From contig MCFE01000004.1 of NCBI GenBank assembly GCA_002104905.1, forward strand, positions 124,001-188,000: 64,000 nucleotides of DNA, written 5' to 3'. The first letter of the stretch is position 1, and each line of letters starts with the position of its first letter. The notes beneath the pieces are model-generated. The model was not told the DNA's origin. It searched no databases and saw only the letters and a list, made by a program, of their open reading frames with translations. Both the position numbers and the translations under genes were made by a program. Shown piece by piece: positions 60,993-64,000 of the stretch. The stretch comes from Basidiobolus meristosporus CBS 931.73. Its lineage: Eukaryota > Fungi > Basidiobolomycota.

Positions 60993-62406
60993 TCCCTCCC
61001 CTTTGTGCATTGTTTCCTAGGCCACCCATTTGTTCCAAACCGTTAGCGATCTCTACATTAGACAGACCATACAACCTGCCTCGCCATTCGCCCAGCAATC
61101 ATCCGTTTTGAGCTTAACGCTATTCTGTCTGTAATTATGAGGCAGGTTGTGGTTCATCAGAGAGTTGGCTCAGGCATCTTCCCATATAGGCAAATTAAGG
61201 CTATTCCCGCATAATGTAGCTTAATCAGATCGAAGACCCCCTGTATATTTGTATTGAAGGGACAATAAAACAGAAACAATACCCAAATCAATAGATGGAA
61301 CCTGATGTGCACAGGTAATGACCCTATCGTCGCATCTTGATAAAAGATTTCTATTGCGTGGATTGGCGATTGGGCCTGGAGTACTGCATGTTCTGGATAT
61401 TCAACAAAGCAAGGAATGGCCCTTGTATCACACGAACCCCATGTTACTTGCAATATACTGGAGTTACATCTGAGAGGTTCGAGAGTACCCCTACGTAGTC
61501 TAGGTGCCGCTCCAGCATCATCCAGCGCGGTGATTGTTTCATGGCCATACATATATTCAACCCATCACACGTATGGTGCAACACTTGGATCTTTTCCCCA
61601 ACAGCCGCTCATTCTCATCTGCCATGGTAAATGCGTCGTTCCCATGAGCTAGCAGCCCGCCTAATTGGCCGCGCCGTGTGGTGATTTTGCTTGGTCGATA
61701 GCAAGTCACATCAGAACTGGAAATGCGAACCAGCGAGGTAACAACCAAATACATAGCTGGTGCACAACCACGCCAAATAAGGAACCCGCGTAAATTATGC
61801 CAAAGTGCCATTTCTCGAAGGCCAATTCCATCTTATTATGCAAGAGTTGGCAAGTGAGTGCCATATATATACACATCACGCCCAATTTAGTTAGAAATGA
61901 TAGAGTTAATACATGAGATATTAATCACTTAGCACACCTCTGCCCTCTCTGTTTACCATTATACGCACCAATTTACCGTTTGCGGCCAATCAACCTCGAG
62001 TGTTTTAAACCATATTTGTTACCGCATTCAAGCTTAGGTCAATTCAAATTTTATCATACATGATCTCTCAACTGAACCCTAAACCTTGAATCCAATTACT
62101 ATTCATCCTTGCGCTTGGAGGGTTCCCGTCAAGCCCAAACTTCCTTTAGCCTCGCTCTAACCCTAAGATAGACATCTGGCTCAAGTGTATCCGCCACTTC
62201 ACCCTTGCTCTACTAAAACCCTACTGCCTAAACCTCCTGAAGTCTGGTCTCCATCGCTTTACAAGAAACTTCATTCTTGTATATTAACAGTATCCCAAAT
62301 ATCCCCAGTTTTGGTTACTTCATATTTTCTTCATCCACAAAGTCTCTTGCTCTTTTCGAAGACATCGCATCCAGAGAGTTCTATCTGACACAGCTCACAA
62401 GTCCTC

Positions 62407-64000
62407 ATGACTGTTCAACCGTTTCCACCACCAGCTGGAAGAAGACAGTCGGATGCACTGAAGAACCGGTATAGCCAAAGCCACCGAGAGGCCATGGTGT
62501 TCTCCTCTGGCACGGAGGGTTCTTTATTAAACTACGTTGGCTATTCGCAGGACAACGTTACCCAATCTTGGGATTCACTGTCGAACCAAGTAAAGTTGTC
62601 GGTTCTCAACTTGGAAAAATCCAGCTATATCCTACAGGCACATAAAATTCACTCCAGCATATACAACCTCTTGAACGCGACGGATTTACTTTATTGGAAC
62701 TCACCGGTATTTAAAATTGGTGGCTTGAGTGGCGTTTTGCACCAGTTGGTCGGGGAGATGAATTGGCTTATTATCCTGTGTAAACTGGCCGAAAGTGCTT
62801 GGCCACCCAAAGACATCATCCCTACTTTAAGGGTCTTATCGAAAGACCTCTTACAGACGCTCAAGGATTTCATATCCAAGGCCAAAGAGAATGAGGTTCA
62901 AGTTAGACCACCGCATGTAGCACATCCGTTCTATCAGTTGAACAATAACTCGAGTGACTCCATCTTTAGACGCAAAGTGGAGCTGCAACCGGCGAATTAT
63001 GATGAGACCAACTTCATTTATCTGTTCGAGCAATTTTCCCAGAGTTTGCTCTCGGAAATCACATCCATAAAGGAGACCGAGGTCACCAGTTCAGAGGAGC
63101 TGGTGGCCAGCATTCTCCTTTGCATTGATTCTATCGGAACGTTTTTGTGCTTGGTCGAGATCCTCAATTTACCCAACCCTGGTGACCCGGTTCTCACAAG
63201 AGTGTCGGAGGAGGCATTCCTTGCACACCACAACTACATCCAGAAGAAAATAATCCTCTATGCGGATATCAACGAGCTGGTTACTAGCGCTAGAGCGGTA
63301 TTATTTAGTTTTGTGCAAGATAACGCTCGGCTGGATTTGGATGAGTATGTATCGAGCGTGATCAGCTCGACACGCGAAGCAGTCCAGGCGGTGAAACACT
63401 TGCTAGGTCATAAGGAGATCGTCAAGTCTGTCAATCTGTTTGAGGTAAGAGATGACTCCGATGATCCTGCAACGGAAAACGAATTAGATCTGTTCAAGCG
63501 TAGAGTCGATAGTTTGAAAGAATTCCGAGAGGAAAACGAGTTTTTCTCTAGTAGTTCAGACTCAGATTTCGATCGTCCCAAGGAGATTGAGCGAGAGAAA
63601 TTGACTGTCAACGAAGGTGTTGACGACGCCCTCGGTCGCACTTCTTTCTCCTCCACAAGCTCTGCCTGGAGTTGTAACACTCAGGAGGAAGCTGGGGAGA
63701 TGGCCAAGGAAAGGCGAAATGCCTCGGCGGGCGATCAGTTGGATGAGAAGACGCGATTATCTACGTCTTCTGAACAATCCAGGTCCAGCTTCCAGTCCAC
63801 CAGTAGTAGACATACCAACGGTGATACTAGAAGTAGCTACGACTCCAATAGATCATCCAGCTCAATCATGACCCAATTAGTTCTGGACGGCCCAGTTGGT
63901 AATGGCCCTAAGCTGCCTAAGGGCGTACATGATTCTGTCAAATCCAAATCTAGAAAAAGATCCGTGTTTGATCTATCTAGGTCCAGTACACACAACAACA
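62407..64000 (+). CDS. Long ORF open to the window edge (>530 codons); probable N-terminal region of a Cdc25-type Ras guanine exchange factor
   Basis: Hand translation from ATG 62407 shows no stop. It contains LCKLAESAWPPKD...LLQTLKDF, resembling the WPP helical-bundle region of fungal Cdc25-like RasGEFs. The catalytic domain is not in the window. Confidence 0.6.
   Translation, partial: MTVQPFPPPAGRRQSDALKNRYSQSHREAMVFSSGTEGSLLNYVGYSQDNVTQSWDSLSNQVKLSVLNLEKSSYILQAHKIHSSIYNLLNATDLLYWNSPVFKIGGLSGVLHQLVGEMNWLIILCKLAESAWPPKDIIPTLRVLSKDLLQTLKDFISKAKENEVQVRPPHVAHPFYQLNNNSSDSIFRRKVELQPANYDETNFIYLFEQFSQSLLSEITSIKETEVTSSEELVASILLCIDSIGTFLCLVEILNLPNPGDPVLTRVSEEAFLAHHNYIQKKIILYADINELVTSARAVLFSFVQDNARLDLDEYVSSVISSTREAVQAVKHLLGHKEIVKSVNLFEVRDDSDDPATENELDLFKRRVDSLKEFREENEFFSSSSDSDFDRPKEIEREKLTVNEGVDDALGRTSFSSTSSAWSCNTQEEAGEMAKERRNASAGDQLDEKTRLSTSSEQSRSSFQSTSSRHTNGDTRSSYDSNRSSSSIMTQLVLDGPVGNGPKLPKGVHDSVKSKSRKRSVFDLSRSSTHNN

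Noticed and set aside
61157-61811. Minus-strand ORFs of 131 aa and 84 aa between ELL and the RasGEF
   Set aside because: No recognisable motif, no convincing splice model, and overlapping competing frames. Left uncalled.

Overview
Eukaryotic genomic DNA, fungal by its genes and short GT-AG introns. An early-diverging lineage such as Zoopagomycota or Mucoromycota is an inference only. The window has two compartments. (1) Positions 1 to ~44.1 kb are a CpG-depleted nest of decayed transposons: Ty1/copia (two families), Ty3/gypsy, a 1071-bp solo-LTR family whose three insertions all have CG-centred 4-bp TSDs, a PIF/Harbinger-like DDE element with foldback derivatives and A-N-T TSDs, and CACTA remnants. 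(2) Positions ~44.1-64 kb are CpG-normal and gene-rich: a single-pass membrane protein, a PX-PH-RhoGAP (Bem3-like), NDUFA8, an ELL-like elongation factor and the start of a probable Cdc25-type RasGEF. The main candidate novelty is a 4.6-kb cluster (48.0-52.6 kb) of seven intronless paralogous micro-genes of 55-73 aa. Each has its own TATA-like box and carries two copies of F-[LM]-R-L-[TSV]-[PA], spaced 33 residues apart in five genes and 30 or 36 in the other two, across an otherwise highly divergent acidic linker. A palindrome (CCTCTAGAGG) occurs four times in the divergent promoter at the centre of the cluster. All alignments and counts were made by eye and no database search was run.
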